From: Lama guanicoe
Lineage: Eukaryota
Reading direction: 5' to 3'
Assembly (NCBI GenBank): GCA_013239625.1
Contig: MU053754.1
Span: 741,379-805,378, forward strand
Length of the DNA: 64,000 nt
Shown: one piece after another, positions 50,161 to 63,307 of the stretch
Layout: each line of letters begins with the position of its first letter
Numbering within the stretch: the first letter of the stretch is position 1
The notes under the pieces: model-generated
Database searches by the model: none
Seen by the model: only the letters and a program-made list of their open reading frames with translations
What the model was told of the DNA's origin: nothing
Program-made: the position numbers and the translations under genes

Positions 50161-50619
50161 GTCAGGCCCACTCTGCAGTCTTCCACATGAGGTCCGTGAT
50201 GCTGCAGAGGGGTGTCATTTGTGCTGTGGCTCCCTGAGTATCTAAACCAATGTAGGGAGGGGATGGGGTGGGAACCCTGGCACCCCAAATTTGCCACTGA
50301 TAAGTTTTGTTTTCCTCCAAGCCATGTGATTTAAACCTCTCCCCAAATATCAGGAAGATTATTCTATGAAGGGGGACTGTTCAGGAAAATATACATACAT
50401 TTTTCTTCTAAAGAATTTTTGTTCAAATAGTATTTCCATAATGAGAGTGTTATAAATGTGTGTGTAAATCTGTTTAATTTTTAAGTGAGGGCAAAGCTTA
50501 CATATTAGCATTTTGGAAAGGGTCTGAAGTCTTGGTGCTCAGTACTGGTGAAGCGCTACATCCCAGGAAAGTACAAATGTGTCAGGGACCCTAACAGCAC
50601 TCTCCCGGCAATATCTATT

Positions 50620-50760
50620 TTTAATCTCTCAGTTTTGCAGATAAGGAAACCGAGGCTTAGCTGATGCAACTGGTTCACTGCACATAATCTAGCCAAGGCT
50701 GTTGAGCTGGAATTTGAAATGAGGGGCTCTGTTTCCAGCGTCCAAACTCTTAGGCATTGT
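50620..50760 (-). mobile_element. MIR SINE
   Basis: cagttttgcagataaggaaaccgaggcttag..gagctggaatttgaa. Confidence 0.7.
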
Positions 50761-52863
50761 GCAAGACCACAGGGCCTTCTAGGATTCAAGAAGGGAGCCA
50801 AACACGAAACCACTTGCGTGGCAGTGCAGAATTCATCACCCCTCTCCTGGGGACTAGTGTCCGCTAACCATACATCTGTTTCTGCTTACCGGCTTTGGGA
50901 TTTTCCATTTTCAAACGGTTTCAAAATACTTTATTTGTGTGCAGTTTAGTTATTTGATTAAAGTATCTCTCACAGGGTTTTCCCTGTAAAGCAAGCAGAG
51001 TATTTTTACAGAGGTGGTCTAAATACCTTTACTCGTAACAACAGTAGAATTTAGTTCTGTCCCTCATTGGGATCTGGTTAGTTTTTTTTTTTTTTCCTGC
51101 ATAAACTTGTGATGAATGTGGGAGACAGGTGGAATCTCCCCTCTGTTTTCTACCACAGTTTTCTTGCTGGGCATCCAAAAAGGAAAAACAGACAAACAAA
51201 CACATCTTCTTCTCTGAAATGCCTCCCCTTCCTGAGTGGCCCTCCGATCTCTGGTTGCCACTTTGCTTTGCCACCTGGGTAGCCAGTGATGTGTTTGGGT
51301 TGAGTCATCCTGGGAAGGACGATGGTCTTGGGAAGCCCTTTGGAGACAGAAGGGAACAGAATCCTTTGTACTGAGTCACTACAATTTTAAGACATTGTTT
51401 CACTTTTTGTGAAACAGTATTTTTCAGCATTTTTTGCTTGTTTCTGTTTGCTTGTCTGAGACTGAGGAAATGTGGAGCTCACGGTGGGGGTTACTCTCTG
51501 GATTTCATCCGCAGTTACTTTCTTGGTCCCACTAACTGTATCCGCTTAGCATCGTACCAGGGTAGAGTTTGAAGTTTGGCCGATTGCTCTTTAATTAAAT
51601 AATTTGGCTAAAAAATGCATTAAAATGTTAACTCAAACTTTTACTTTGCTCGGATTACTGATTTCTCTGATGACACTCCTGGCAAAAAATTAAAATGAAA
51701 AAAAAATCCTCCTCCACTAAGAGAGCCTTTATTAAACTGATAAAATATTGCAGCATTCTTGAAATTCTGAGTATTGAAGAGACTGTCTTAACAGGTGAAG
51801 CTTTGAAGCTGAGTGCTGCTTTATGCTAACCATGTCTACAAATACTTCTGGAACCTTCATGGTTTTTTTTCCCCCCACATCTGTCCTATTTCAAAAGATG
51901 AATTGATGTAGTTGAAACCTTTTCCCATTTTCCCACACATACATATATGTTGTTGATGCTTCAGGAAGACGCATCATCTGCAGAGCAGTTCACAGAAGGA
52001 GGAGCCATTCTTTGAGCTTCTGTTGAAAAGGGGGAAACAATTCTCTTACAGTAAGAAACCCCATTCATGCTTTCTGCCTCACAAAGTGGTGACTGTTGTG
52101 TTTGGTTGGGTACCATTTCAAAGCTTGGTGTGTGATGTCCTCTCTTTAACTGTTAAACCATTAACCTCTCTTCCCCATAGAGGACATCACTTCAGAAAAG
52201 AATCACTACCCTGGATATGTGGACTCTTGGGAAAATTTCCAATTTCAAACAAACTTTTCTCTGGATATAAGGAGTATAAACAAGGTGGAGTAAAAGTGAA
52301 AACACAAAGTAACTTGACTGTAACATCACTAGTGTGATTTCCTGTGGATTTATGATTTATCAGTGTACGTTAGATGTGGACGTGCATAAAAAATGTACTT
52401 TAGATTCATTCTATGTGGATAGGAAATGTTTAACAGGAAATTGCCATTTGGGTGCAAGGAGGAATATTTTCAATTACATGACACAAAAGCTACTGTAGAT
52501 GTAATTTTTTTTTCTCGTAATGAAAAATTGGTGGGCTTGGCAGATCATTATGGGAAATAACTGTGGACCAGAAGGAAGTGGAGCTTGGACAGGGCCAGCA
52601 AAGGTGAGGAGAGAGAACAGGAACAGGAGACAAGAGGAGGGAGAATATATAGCGCTCCCTTCGAGGGCAGGTAGCCCTCAGAGTGTAAGGACAAGTACAG
52701 GTGCCCAGCTGCGTTTCTGTCTTCCCTAAGAGACTCTATACGTGAGATTTTTCATGGGAGACAGTGCAGCTTTCTTGTGCTGCTGCTAGAAAGTAGGAGG
52801 CTCGTTAGAAGATGAATATAAAGTTAGTAAACCTACATCGTGTGGTTGACGAACTACTGTCAT

Positions 52864-53304
52864 TGTGCTGGATTGAATAATACCAGGCTAAAATGCGCGT
52901 GCGTCTGGACCTATGAGTGCTGTCTTATTTGGAGAGAAGCTCTTTACTGATGCAGTCAGGTTATGATAAGGTCACACTGGCTTAAAGCGGACCTGATGCC
53001 ATCACTGGTATCCTTATAAGAAAAGGTGAGCATGGGCAGAGACATGCCGACCCACGCAGGACACCGTGTGGCAACCATGATGCATTTACAAAGCCGAGAA
53101 TGTCGAGGATTGCTGGCAACCACAGGCATTAGAAGAAGCAAGGGAGGGGCCTCCCCTGGGTCCTTCAGAGGGAGCGTGGTACTGCCAGCACCTTTTAGAC
53201 CTCTGGCCTCCAGGCTATGAGAGGATTAAAAAAAAAAAAGTCCCTATTGTTCTAAGGCACCCAGTTTGTGGTACTTTGTTACGGCGGCCCTGGAAGCTAA
53301 GACA
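52864..53304 (+). mobile_element. MLT1C-like MaLR solo LTR
   Basis: Starts tgtgctggattgaat; contains ccttataagaaaagg..ggattgctggcaaccac..ccttcagagggagcgtgg; ends tttgtggtactttgttacggcggccctggaagctaagaca. Confidence 0.88.
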
Positions 53305-54011
53305 GAGACAGCGAGGCTTCCATTCTGGTGTGTGTAACGGGAATGGTTAAAGTCGGAAGCATAGGGCCCGGACTTCCTGGCCGCCTGTCCTGGTCCCTTG
53401 TTCCCTGGCACACGTGGTATGTAAAGCTCTTCCTTCCTTAAACGCCACGTCCACGCGCTGTCAAGATGTTGACTGGCTCCCATTTCGAGGTCTTTTCTGT
53501 TCGATTCCCTTCAGTTAGCTCTGCCTGGGAGCCCCTTGCCTCCTGGATTTAGTGGGGGGATAGAGTAAACAGGGGCCACTGAGTCCATGCTGTATTCGGA
53601 AACGAAGCCTGCTTTCTGCAGACCTGACAGTAATCCAAATCCAGAACTTTTTAGGCAGTCCACAACGTCCAGATGACCGGGACACATTGTGCTGGTGAGA
53701 AGTCTACATGGTTAGGAATTTTTGAAAGCTGCGGTTACAATCTGGCCTGTGTGCAGGTGAGAAAGGACCTTGGCCCTGTGGCCATCGGCCTTCTCCTGTG
53801 GGCTGTGGGGATAACATGAAGGCCCTGCGGAGTTGTTTTTGGGAATTCTTGGCGCTGACGTTTGTCGTCCCCCAGCCAAGAGCCCGGGGCAGAGTCAGCA
53901 CTCGGTGTGTGTTAGTGTTCTCCGTCCACCTGCTCTCCAGTGCTGGGGGCAAACTATTTAAAGAAAGTCTGCTTAAGGGAGACGGCACTTAACAGTTGTC
54001 CTACGAATAGA

Positions 54012-54425
54012 TACACTAGTTCCCTGGGGCTGCCATGACAAAGCACCACTAGGCGGGCGGCTTGGAACAACAGGAACGCATTCTCTGTGTGTTCCAGAGG
54101 CCACATGTCCCAAGTAGAGGTGTCAGTGCCGCCAGGCGCCCTCTGAAGGCTCCAGGGAAGAGTGCTCCCTACCCTTCTCCAGCTTGTGTGTTGCCACATC
54201 ACTGTTGTCTCTGCTCCATCCTCACTCCTCCTCCTCCCCTGCGCGTGCGTGTCTGATCTCTCCTCGTCTTATAAAAGAGACGGGTCATTGGGGTGAGGGT
54301 CCACCTGAAATCAGTACAAACTCATTTGATCCAGTTATATCTGCAAAGACGCTCTTTCCAAATCAGGCCACATTGTGAGGTGCTGGGTGGACGTGAGCTG
54401 CGGGGTACGCTATTCAACCCAGCAC
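54012..54425 (-). mobile_element. MLT1C-like MaLR solo LTR
   Basis: ggggctgccatgacaaagcaccac..ccctctgaaggctccagggaaga..atatctgcaaagacgctctttccaaatcaggccacatt..ctattcaaccc. Confidence 0.85.
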
Positions 54426-56469
54426 TGCACCCAGCAAAGCAGACCCCCGGCAGAATGAGAAGGCTGTGGCCTGGGGAGATGTTGCCGTCACCTGGCAGAC
54501 CTGTGTGTCGTTCGTTGGTAGGATGCTCTGGTTTTCGTCTGTTGGCTTGAGTTTGTGTTTTTGTTTGTGTTAGAGGCAGCCCCTGAGGGTCAGAAAGCAT
54601 ATTCACTTGGCCAGGTTCAGGATGCTCCTGCATTCTTATGGGAGATGCTTCTGCTTCTATCCTTCCTTTGGCTTATTTTTATACTCAGATTCCATCCTCT
54701 TCCTGGGACAGACGATGTCTGTGTCCACACGTGGCAGGTGTGTCACTCACCTGCCATCCCTGGAGCCTCGAGGAAGTTCAGAAACACCTCTGTAGCTCCT
54801 CACCAAGTTGCCTCTCAGGTGTGGAGCCCACCTCGCAGGCGCTTCCCAAAGTTGCCTTCGTTTTGGGTTTGTTTCCACCTTTCCTTCCTCTTCTCCCTCT
54901 ATCCCTGCCCCCTGCCCACTACATGCTGTCCCGCCACGCCCCTCTGTTCAGACCCCAGAGGCCTCTGTTACCTGCCTGTCGCGAGCCCGGCAGGGCCGTG
55001 TGCTGGGAGCCCCACCCCTGCACGTAGGCGTCCCCTCGCTGCTCCCATTCCCTGCCAGAGCACACGCCCCTGGGGCCCTTCTGTACTATAGACACCCACT
55101 CTCGCTCAGAGCAGGGACTGCACATCTGAGAACGATGGTCTCTGTAAAGATCAGCATTACATCAGACTACGGCAGCAGCCATTCCCGCTTCATTTTTGTA
55201 CCTCAGCTGACGCTTGTGAAATGAATGCATGTGTGGCCCAAAAGACGTCTGAGATTTTAGCCAAGCCACGAACATCATCGTGGTTTTCTCCCTGCATGTC
55301 TCTGTATTTTATATCGACCTCTCCCTGAGCCCAGGGAGGAAGGAAATCTCTACTCCCTGCGGTTCTCGGAGAAACATGCAAAAAACCCTGCAAGAGGGGA
55401 GCACGTCACTCCACACGATACATGTTACAAACCTGACTTTTGCAGTTGGCTAGTGTTAAGAGAAAAAGTGTGGAGGTGCATTTAGATCCCTAAGCATAGC
55501 GACATTGGAGCAGTTTGTATTAGGGATATTTGGGGTGGATACATACGTACACACGTGTGTGCACTATGTTTGTATTTTTAACCATCCCGATTTGGGGCAT
55601 TTTATTAATTACTCTAGGATGACAAGCATAGATTGGAATCATTTGAGGGGAAGGATGTCATCGCTTTTACCCAGAGGGAAACATTTACCCCATGAATTCT
55701 CCGTCCTGCTGATGGTCGGATCCATAGTTTAGTATACGAGCTTTTCCAGCTTGGACCACCATGCAGAGGGTTTCTCTGTCCTATGCCTCATGGACATGGC
55801 AGGAAGAATTTGAGATGCAGGGAAGGGACCCTCCTCACTCAGTCCCCACAGCCCACCAGTGTGGTGCCCTTCTCCCTCCGTGCCCACGCCCCCCAGCATC
55901 TCCGCCCAGCACCGCTGCCTCCTTCTGTCCTCCCAGTCACCCCATCCTTCCTCCATCCAAGCCTCTGTTCGTTCTCATCCCGGCTCAGAAACAAACGTAT
56001 GTGTTCCTGGCAGCTTGCCAGTCTGTCCTCCGTCCTGCAGTCGAGGGGACTTTGTAAAACGCAGACTGATTCTGTTCTTCCCCCCAATAGTCCTTCACAG
56101 GGATGTAGAGGCTGGCAGGACCACGTTTTAGCTTTCTTTCCTTTCTCAGCGTTCTACTGAAAGATAACATAGCAAGAGCCCATGTCAGGAGCAGACAGCG
56201 CCGGGAAGCTGGGTAAACTGAACACAGAGGCAGCCCCAGATCAGCCTTTCCCGTGAGCTCTCTCTCCTCCAAACTCCACTCCCTTCTCGAAAGGTCACCC
56301 CGGCCTCTGGGAGAAGTTCTGAGTCCCTTGTCAGCCCGTGCGGTCCAGCCTCATTCCTGCTCCCAGAAACACCAAACCACGCAAGGTTTTTCCCTTCTGC
56401 CACTGAATGTCTGCAGACCCTCGTGTGTGCTCTTCCACTGCCTGGAACACTGTCCCCTCCTCTGCCTCA

Positions 56470-56845
56470 TTCCTTTGTGCTTTCAAAGCCCATCATCAGG
56501 GTGGCCTTGGGCCAAGGACTTTCCCTGACCCCCCCAGACTGGGTCCTGTGTCCCTCCTGTCCCTGCACGGCTCGGTCTCCCTCCCTGCAGCGCATCCTGC
56601 CATCAACCTCGGTATATTTCCATGAAGGCTTCTTAAAGACAGGGCTTGTGTCTTTTTTGTTAACCTTGCATCTAACAGTACGAAGAACAGGACAGAGAAC
56701 TCTGAGTGCATGTGTGTGTGTGTTCCAAGTATATCACAGCCTGTATTCACAGACCTCAGTGTATCCTTACAGGACTTCGTGAATATAGAGTGTGGTACAT
56801 AATTACTTGTGCAGTAAATTAATTAACAAATGAATAAATGAGTGG
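56470..56845 (+). mobile_element. L2 3' end
   Basis: ttcaaagccca..ttccctgacccccccagactgggt..cttaaagacagggcttgtgtc..aaatgaataaatga tail. Confidence 0.6.
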
Positions 56846-57615
56846 AGCTCGCAGTTGTGACTCCCTGTCTCCCCCTAACGTGCCAAGAAGATGAGCGTGA
56901 AGTACGATTTCCAAGCTGTGTTGTTCTTTCAGTATTTACAGGTCAGGCAAGAGTGTTGGGAACTCTCTGTATAAACAAATATCCCAGCTGAAAATGTCAC
57001 TGATGTCTCAGCATGCCGAATAGATTAGTGATGGGACGTCTTCATTTTAAAAAAACCACACAGGACCCCAGAAGCTAGCAGTCACTGATATGTGTCCATA
57101 GTTTGCCCGAGGAAACTTTTTTTATTGAAAAGATTTTTTTAATAAATTAAATACCCCACAGCGTGCCCGATCACATTGTTGGTCATTAATAGCTGCCTGC
57201 GGACGAATCACCTTGAGTGGTTGTGTCTGCCGCCTCCTCGTTTAACTTCTCGCGTATCTTGCCCAGCACTGACCACCTCTACCCACCTGGCTTCTTCCAA
57301 CTCATACATGTGCTGCTTGGTTGCGTGCTTTAGGGATTTCTCGTTCAGATGATGAAAAGCTTCCATCCCACCCCACGTCGAATTTAGGCTCTGCCCTGTG
57401 CCTGAGCGATTGGTGCCAGGTCACTCTGACCACAGACTTCCCTTGTCCGTCGACCGATGTTCCTCCCTGTGCCCATCTCTCAAGCATATCATCCCGTGTT
57501 GAGCTGATCCTCTGGCCCTGTACCTGGGCCACACCCATCACTGGAGTAGGCTCCTGAATCCCGACACAGATCCGGAGATAGTTCTGAGCAGCCTCTCTGG
57601 CTAATTAGAAAGCAC

Positions 57616-57760
57616 GTGTATGTTCTTTTTCATTACGGGTTATTGCAGGCTATTGAATATAGTTCCCTGTGTGCTGGACACCAGGAACTAACACAACACT
57701 ATAAATCAACTGGACCTCAATAAAATAATTTTATAAACATTTTAATTAAAAGAAAAAAAT
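57616..57760 (+). mobile_element. Miniature L1 3' end with a 5' inversion
   Basis: About 57616-57672 is antisense L1 3'UTR (ttctttttcatta..attgaatatagttccctgtg), followed directly by the sense terminus (tgctggacaccaggaactaacacaacactataaatcaact..caataaaa) and an A-rich tail. Confidence 0.82.
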
Positions 57761-59885
57761 CTAAGCAAAAACCTAAATTAGAGGGAAAAAAAGCAAGCAC
57801 AGACCTTTCCGGGGCTCTATCCTGTAAAAACCTGCCACCCTGCCTTCCCTCACCACCTCTCCAAGCACACACAGCCCCGGGGCTGGGGATGCCTTCTTTG
57901 GTCGCCTGACAAGTGTTGGTCCCAACGCAGGCTCTGGTTCGACCCCTGCAGCATCAGGGGATCGTGCGGTGATGTCTGCCTGGCTGGCCTGAGCTGCCAC
58001 CAGCACCTGGGGCTGGATCCTGCCCAGGGGGTGTGGTTTCTGAGAGTAACTCAGTCCGTTCCCTTCCTCAGATTGAATACATAGGTTGATTCTATTCGGT
58101 GGACCTTAAAGAGGTAAATAAAGTGGGAAGGAGTCCATCCCCTTACGCAGCTGACTTGTGGCAAGTGCCTCCTATTAGCCAGGCAGGGTCTACCTCAGTG
58201 ATACGGGGACGCATTCTGTCTGCTCTCCTTGTGCTGGTGGCTCAAGGGTTATTTAAATAGTTATTTAAACAGATACAGAGGTACAGAATGGATATAAGCC
58301 AGCAGTTGAAGGGTAAGAAGAAGGGAGCCACGCTCAGAGTTAGAGGGACAGCATTCCAGCTAGAGGCTGGCAGCCTGTGTATGGGCACGTGCAAGGGCAT
58401 CAGCCAGAGTCACCTTATGCATTTTATTTCAAGCCAGGGCAAGCCCAGGTGTTGATGTGAGGGAGGGGCCCATGGAAAGGAGACCAGCTTCAATTCCTTC
58501 AGGTAATTATCTGCTGAGACCCACTCACTCACCAATTATATTTTAATTTTCCTTTATCTGCATTCCTTTAGGTACATATTCTTAAAGCATTTGAGCACCA
58601 CAAATGTATCTGTTCAAAAGGTTTTTTTCTGTTACGTCTTATCTTTTAAGTGAAAGTTGAACTATTTTTCCAGTTTCCTTCTACCTGTAAAGGTATACAC
58701 TATGGATTCATGCCTCTGTATAGTCCAAGACAAGAGAACTAAAATTTTTTGTAAACCTTCTAAATGTCAGGCACAGAAATTAGTGATTTTCCTGCGATTT
58801 ACCAAACTGGGAAGAAATAATTGTTCATTCAAAATCTGGACACACTAAGCTGTGTTTGTTTAACAGAGAGGTAGTTTGTCTTCAAAAAAATATATACATA
58901 GACACACACACTTTATATGCAAAATTTCCAGGAAGCAGAAGATTCATTCTTATCTCTTATTTTCCTGTGCATAAATAATGGTTACTCTGATTGGACATGC
59001 TCTTGTTTGCCGCAATAGTTAAAACCTTGTAATGTTGAAATCCACCACAAATTAGGGTCCCCAGGGAATTAAGAATATGTTACCCGTGGGATACGGTTAT
59101 GTTCCAGTTTCTCAAACCCATCCAGTCCATCCTCCAGAATTCTTCAGCCTTTGACATGTTATCAAATTTGATACTATACTCGTCTAAATGCATGCGATCA
59201 CGTTCTTGAAGTTCTTTTAAGACTATCCTTGGCATTTAAACAACTGAAAATCTTGAGAGCCGTAATTCTGCATTGTAACCAGCCTCTCCACGCATGATTT
59301 GCCTCTCTGCCAGATCCTCCAGCAGACTTTGTGATGTGCGGGGAAGAATAGCAGCGTTTTTCACTTGTCTGAGTCCTCCCTCAGTGTGGACGCTCGTGAG
59401 GGAATTCCGAGCTTTCCAAAGGGGGCGTCGGTGCTGCACTGACGGGGCAGAAAGCTTGTGGGTTCTCATCCCTGATTCGTCCCACGAGCGCCATCCTGCC
59501 CCGGCACATCCCAGCGCTGCAGCCCGCTCCCACAAGGTCAGACAAGGCTGCTAAATCACAGTTTATTTCTGTGTGAACCAGAACCATCCCCCGGGTGATC
59601 CAGGCTGTTGTTTGTTTATTTGTGCCTTCGATGGCTCAGCCTCCGACTTGGGGAGATACTAAAGATGTTGGTGGACTCCAAGGTCCAAAATCACTTCAGT
59701 TTCACCGAGAGAAAAGAGGAGGCACTGGAAATAAAGGAGTCTTTTATCGTAGGAATGAGTTCTGTAATTAATCCCGTGTAATGGGAGCATAAACATAAGC
59801 CAGACACCGAGCTGAATCACGAGTCTTGGTGATAAAAGTACCAGCCAGGGCAGTTTAATGAGGGTCACACTCCAGCCAGATGCCG

Positions 59886-60030
59886 TTTTGCTTTTTTGTG
59901 TTTTTTGTTTTTATTAGGGGGAGGTAATTTGGTTTATTATTTATTCATATTTGGAGGAGATGCTGGGGATTGAACCCAGAACCTCGTGCATGCTAAGCAT
60001 ACGCTCTACTTCTTGAGCTATACCCTCCCC
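59886..60030 (-). mobile_element. tRNA-Ala-derived SINE (Vic-1 type)
   Basis: Reverse strand ggggagggtatagctcaagaagtagagcgtatgcttagcatgcacgaggttctgggttcaatccccagc, tail and decayed poly(A); degenerate TSD beginning tccagc (59871 / 60031). Confidence 0.92.
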
Positions 60031-60734
60031 TCCAGCTAAAGGCTTTTAAAGATGGTGTTTCCCATGGCTTCATGTCAGGTCAGAGAAGGGGCCCTGCTTT
60101 GTCAACAGGAAGTCAGCTACTGGTCCTCCAGATTCCAGGGAAGGTCCTTGACTTACCTGAACCCAGGTGCATCACTGGGGAAATGAGTCGCCTCAGAGAT
60201 GCTCTCCTGTTCAGTTCTAAAAGTCTGCGTTTCTGTGCCATTTGTCTTCTCATAGCACAGGTCTCCTGCTTGGGGAAGCCTTCTCTGTCCCCAAACTCAA
60301 GTCGTCCTTGCGTCACAGGGTGTGTCGCGTTGGTACTATTGCTGGCTTGCCATCTGGTCTCCTCTGCTTAACTTGACATCTGCTGATCCCTGCCAGCCCC
60401 ACGCCTGGCACACACCACCCCAAAGGGCACTAAATGAAAGTCCTAACCAAAGGTGGGGCCGTCTTTCTGAGCTGCAGACTTGGTCCTGACGCAGGACGGA
60501 GGGCTTGCCTGCTGCCCGCACAGACTCAGCCATTGGAAAGCAAGGCAGAGGATTGCACAAGTCAGTGAGTTAAACCGAGAGCCAGGTCAGACCATCCAGC
60601 GCCCTAATAACACTTAACATGATTTCTCTTGACATGGGGTCAGGCTACTCCCCATGAAGAGTCATTAACACTTTCTCTTCACTAATGTAGAAGGGCAGTG
60701 TGGAAATGTCTTGGCAAAACCCCCGGATTAGGGC

Positions 60735-60850
60735 GTTGCTGCTCCAAGGGTGGTCCCTGGACCCTCAGATCCATATCCCCGGGGAGCTCCTTAGGAATCT
60801 AGAACCCAGGCTCCCCGCCACCCAGGGAACGAACATTGCATTTTCACACC
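60735..60850. mobile_element. MER5A-like hAT-Charlie fragment
   Basis: tgctgctccaagggtggtccctggacc..ggggagctccttaggaatctagaacccaggctcc..tgcattttcac. Confidence 0.55.
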
Positions 60851-61014
60851 GTCTGCCAGCTCGAGAGGGGAGGGTCCCTGCTTCGCTTGCGCCAAGCCTG
60901 CAACTGGTTTTTGTGATTTCAGTCATTTCAGGGTCAACTTTTGTGAACTTCTCAGTCCAGCTCTTCCTTCTGTGTTGCTTGGATGAGTAACTGTATGGGG
61001 AGGCATTTGCACAT

Positions 61015-61040
61015 GCGTGCGTGCGTGCGTGCGTGTGTGT
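61015..61040. repeat. (GTGC)n/(GT)n microsatellite
   Basis: tgcgtgcgtgcgtgcgtgcgtgtgtg. Confidence 0.9.
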
Positions 61041-62382
61041 ACACATGGGAGCCAGGCAGGCTGCGGACAGTAACTGCCTCTTAGAAGCAGCCTGACAGGT
61101 TCTGCATCTCTTTACAAAGGCGCTACCGTTACCCACCGTATGGCAGGCACCCCAAGCGAGTCCACATAGTGAAGGTGGGCTCAGCTGGCAGGTCTGTGTG
61201 GTTGTGTCACGCACTTCGGTGGTGCTGTCTGAGGCTCTGTTTTGTTCATAACTGTGTGCAAAAAACCAGCTTCCTTGTCACAGGCCAGGGACCCAGGTAC
61301 AGCAAAAGTTGCAGTAACCCCATGCTCAGTTCCAGCAAAAGCAGTTACAGTGTGACACAGTGTGAAACTGTGTATTAAGAGATAGGAGGAAGTCTTTACT
61401 GAAACACCCACAAAGGATGTGGGCTCCCGTTAAAGAGCCCCAAATACCAAGACCCTACGTGTTTTCCTTCGGCTTCCTTTTACTTGAAAAAAAAGAAGTC
61501 TCATAATTACCTTGTTATGTTCCTGTCTTGTCTACTAGACGGTGAAGTCTGGGAAGGCAGTGATTCTGTCTGCTTCTTGTTCCAGATCGAGCATTGCCAG
61601 GTTTAGCAAATAAAAGCACAGAACTCTGAAATCTGAAGGTCAGAGAAACAGTGATGTGATTGGATTTCAGTAGCAGTGTATCCCATGCGATATCGCAATC
61701 ATGCATGTATTTTCTAAATACTTGTTTTCTCTGAGCTTCAAATTTAACTTGGCGTCTTGAACATGATCTGGTGGCAGCATGTGGACTCAGCACTCAGCTG
61801 AGTACCCAGCCCAGATGGGGTGTTTGGAAAATACTGAGCACGTGTGCTGGGGCAGAGGTCTGAGTAAGGCAGCTGTGTTGAGGAGCAAAGAGGTGGGGAA
61901 AGGAGCAGTGAGCCCTGAGAAACCAGAACTTGGTTTGTTTTAAGCAATGTGGAAAACCTCCAGGAAGAGCTTAGAAAGGAGAACATTAATAGATGAGCTA
62001 TTTCCATGAGTAAAAAAAAGGGGGAAAGTACCTTCAGAGCAGTTCCCTGTGGCTCTGAGCTCACGGAAGTCTCAGACTTCCCTCAGGGAGGTTTCCGCGG
62101 TGAAAGATGGAGCGTGAATTGGCTCAGAAGGGCTTGGTGGCCTCTTGGCAGATATAGGAAGATTTAATGGCAGAACCAGAGATACCAATGATACATCCCT
62201 GTTGCTCTGGTGAACTTAGGAAATTCAGTGTCAGAAAGAGGGAAAGTTGAGATAAAAACAAAAGTTTAAAAAGTAGCTCTTTTGTGAAACAGAAAAGTGG
62301 CCATAAATGAAAGACCAGCGTATTAAATTGAAGGAGAGTGATGCTGTGCAGTGATTTAATATTTAAGCCACGAGTATTAGCT

Positions 62383-62763
62383 TGTATCATTATCCCCAGT
62401 TCCTCACCCTTCCCCCATCCTGGTCTTTATCTTGTAACTATGTGTTGCTCTTCTACCATTTAACCTGGGACTCTGGTCTCACCCTTGTGACTTGCTTTCA
62501 CTGATGGGATGTTACCAGATTTGATGCCAAGAGCTTGGGAAATGCTTGCATGCTTGGGCTGGACCTCTCTCCTCTGTTGCCTCAACGAAGGCCAGCCAAC
62601 CAGCTAACCCCTAGGTGTGAATGAGCCCAGTGATAGCAACAGGACCGCCTAGCTGACTGCTGCTTACATCTACCTCATAAGTATAAACACTCACTATTGT
62701 GTGCCGGGAAGGGGGTTGTGATTGTTTGTTACACAGATGCATCCTGGCAATAGATAACTGATA
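62383..62763 (+). mobile_element. MLT1G/H-like MaLR LTR
   Basis: cttgtgacttgctttcactgatgggatgtta..aaatgcttgcatgcttgggctgg..gtttgttacacag..ggcaatagataactgata. Confidence 0.75.
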
Positions 62764-63307
62764 GAAGGACAAAACAACCTGGAAACAAATGTACGAACCC
62801 AGTCACAGTTATAAAACCCAGTTTCTCTGGTTCTTTTCCTTCCCACTCTGTAGGAAATCTCGTTCCTCTCAGTGGTTCTGGTAATCCTAAGCAAAGTGTT
62901 CCTGTCTGTTTGGTAAACGAGTCCTGCTGGCTTTCACAGCATTTCCACCACTTTGATCGTGCTACTCCAGGTAGCTGTGGTGAGGTTTCCTAATGTTGAA
63001 AATGCTGCAAGTTCTTCCTCTGTGACTGGTACCTCCCCAAAGAGCCCCGGTGCTGTCCAAGGATGGTCCCATCCCTTCTGACGCCAGTGCCTGTGGCAGG
63101 CTGCCACTGCCTGCTGCCAAGAGCACTAAGGCCACTTGTCCTCACCTACCCGTGTCTCTCCATCACTCCTAATGCCCGTCGATACTCAAATAGAGGTTAC
63201 AAACAGCCTTATGTTTGTATGTTTCTGTTTAGCAAAGTCAAGAATGAATTGGTATGTTTGAAGTCCCTCTAGCACACACAAGATATTCATTGTACGTTTA
63301 CTGGCGT

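Noticed and set aside
54293..56782. Dense overlapping ORFs up to 178 aa
   Set aside because: GC-rich sequence lowers stop frequency; the peptides are Pro/Ser/Cys-rich with no recognisable domain and partly overlap MLT1 and L2 remnants.
59294..59554. CpG-containing ORF with possible acceptor (59313) and donor (59537)
   Set aside because: Weak donor (gtcaga), unrecognised peptide and similar ORFs on both strands; compatible with chance.
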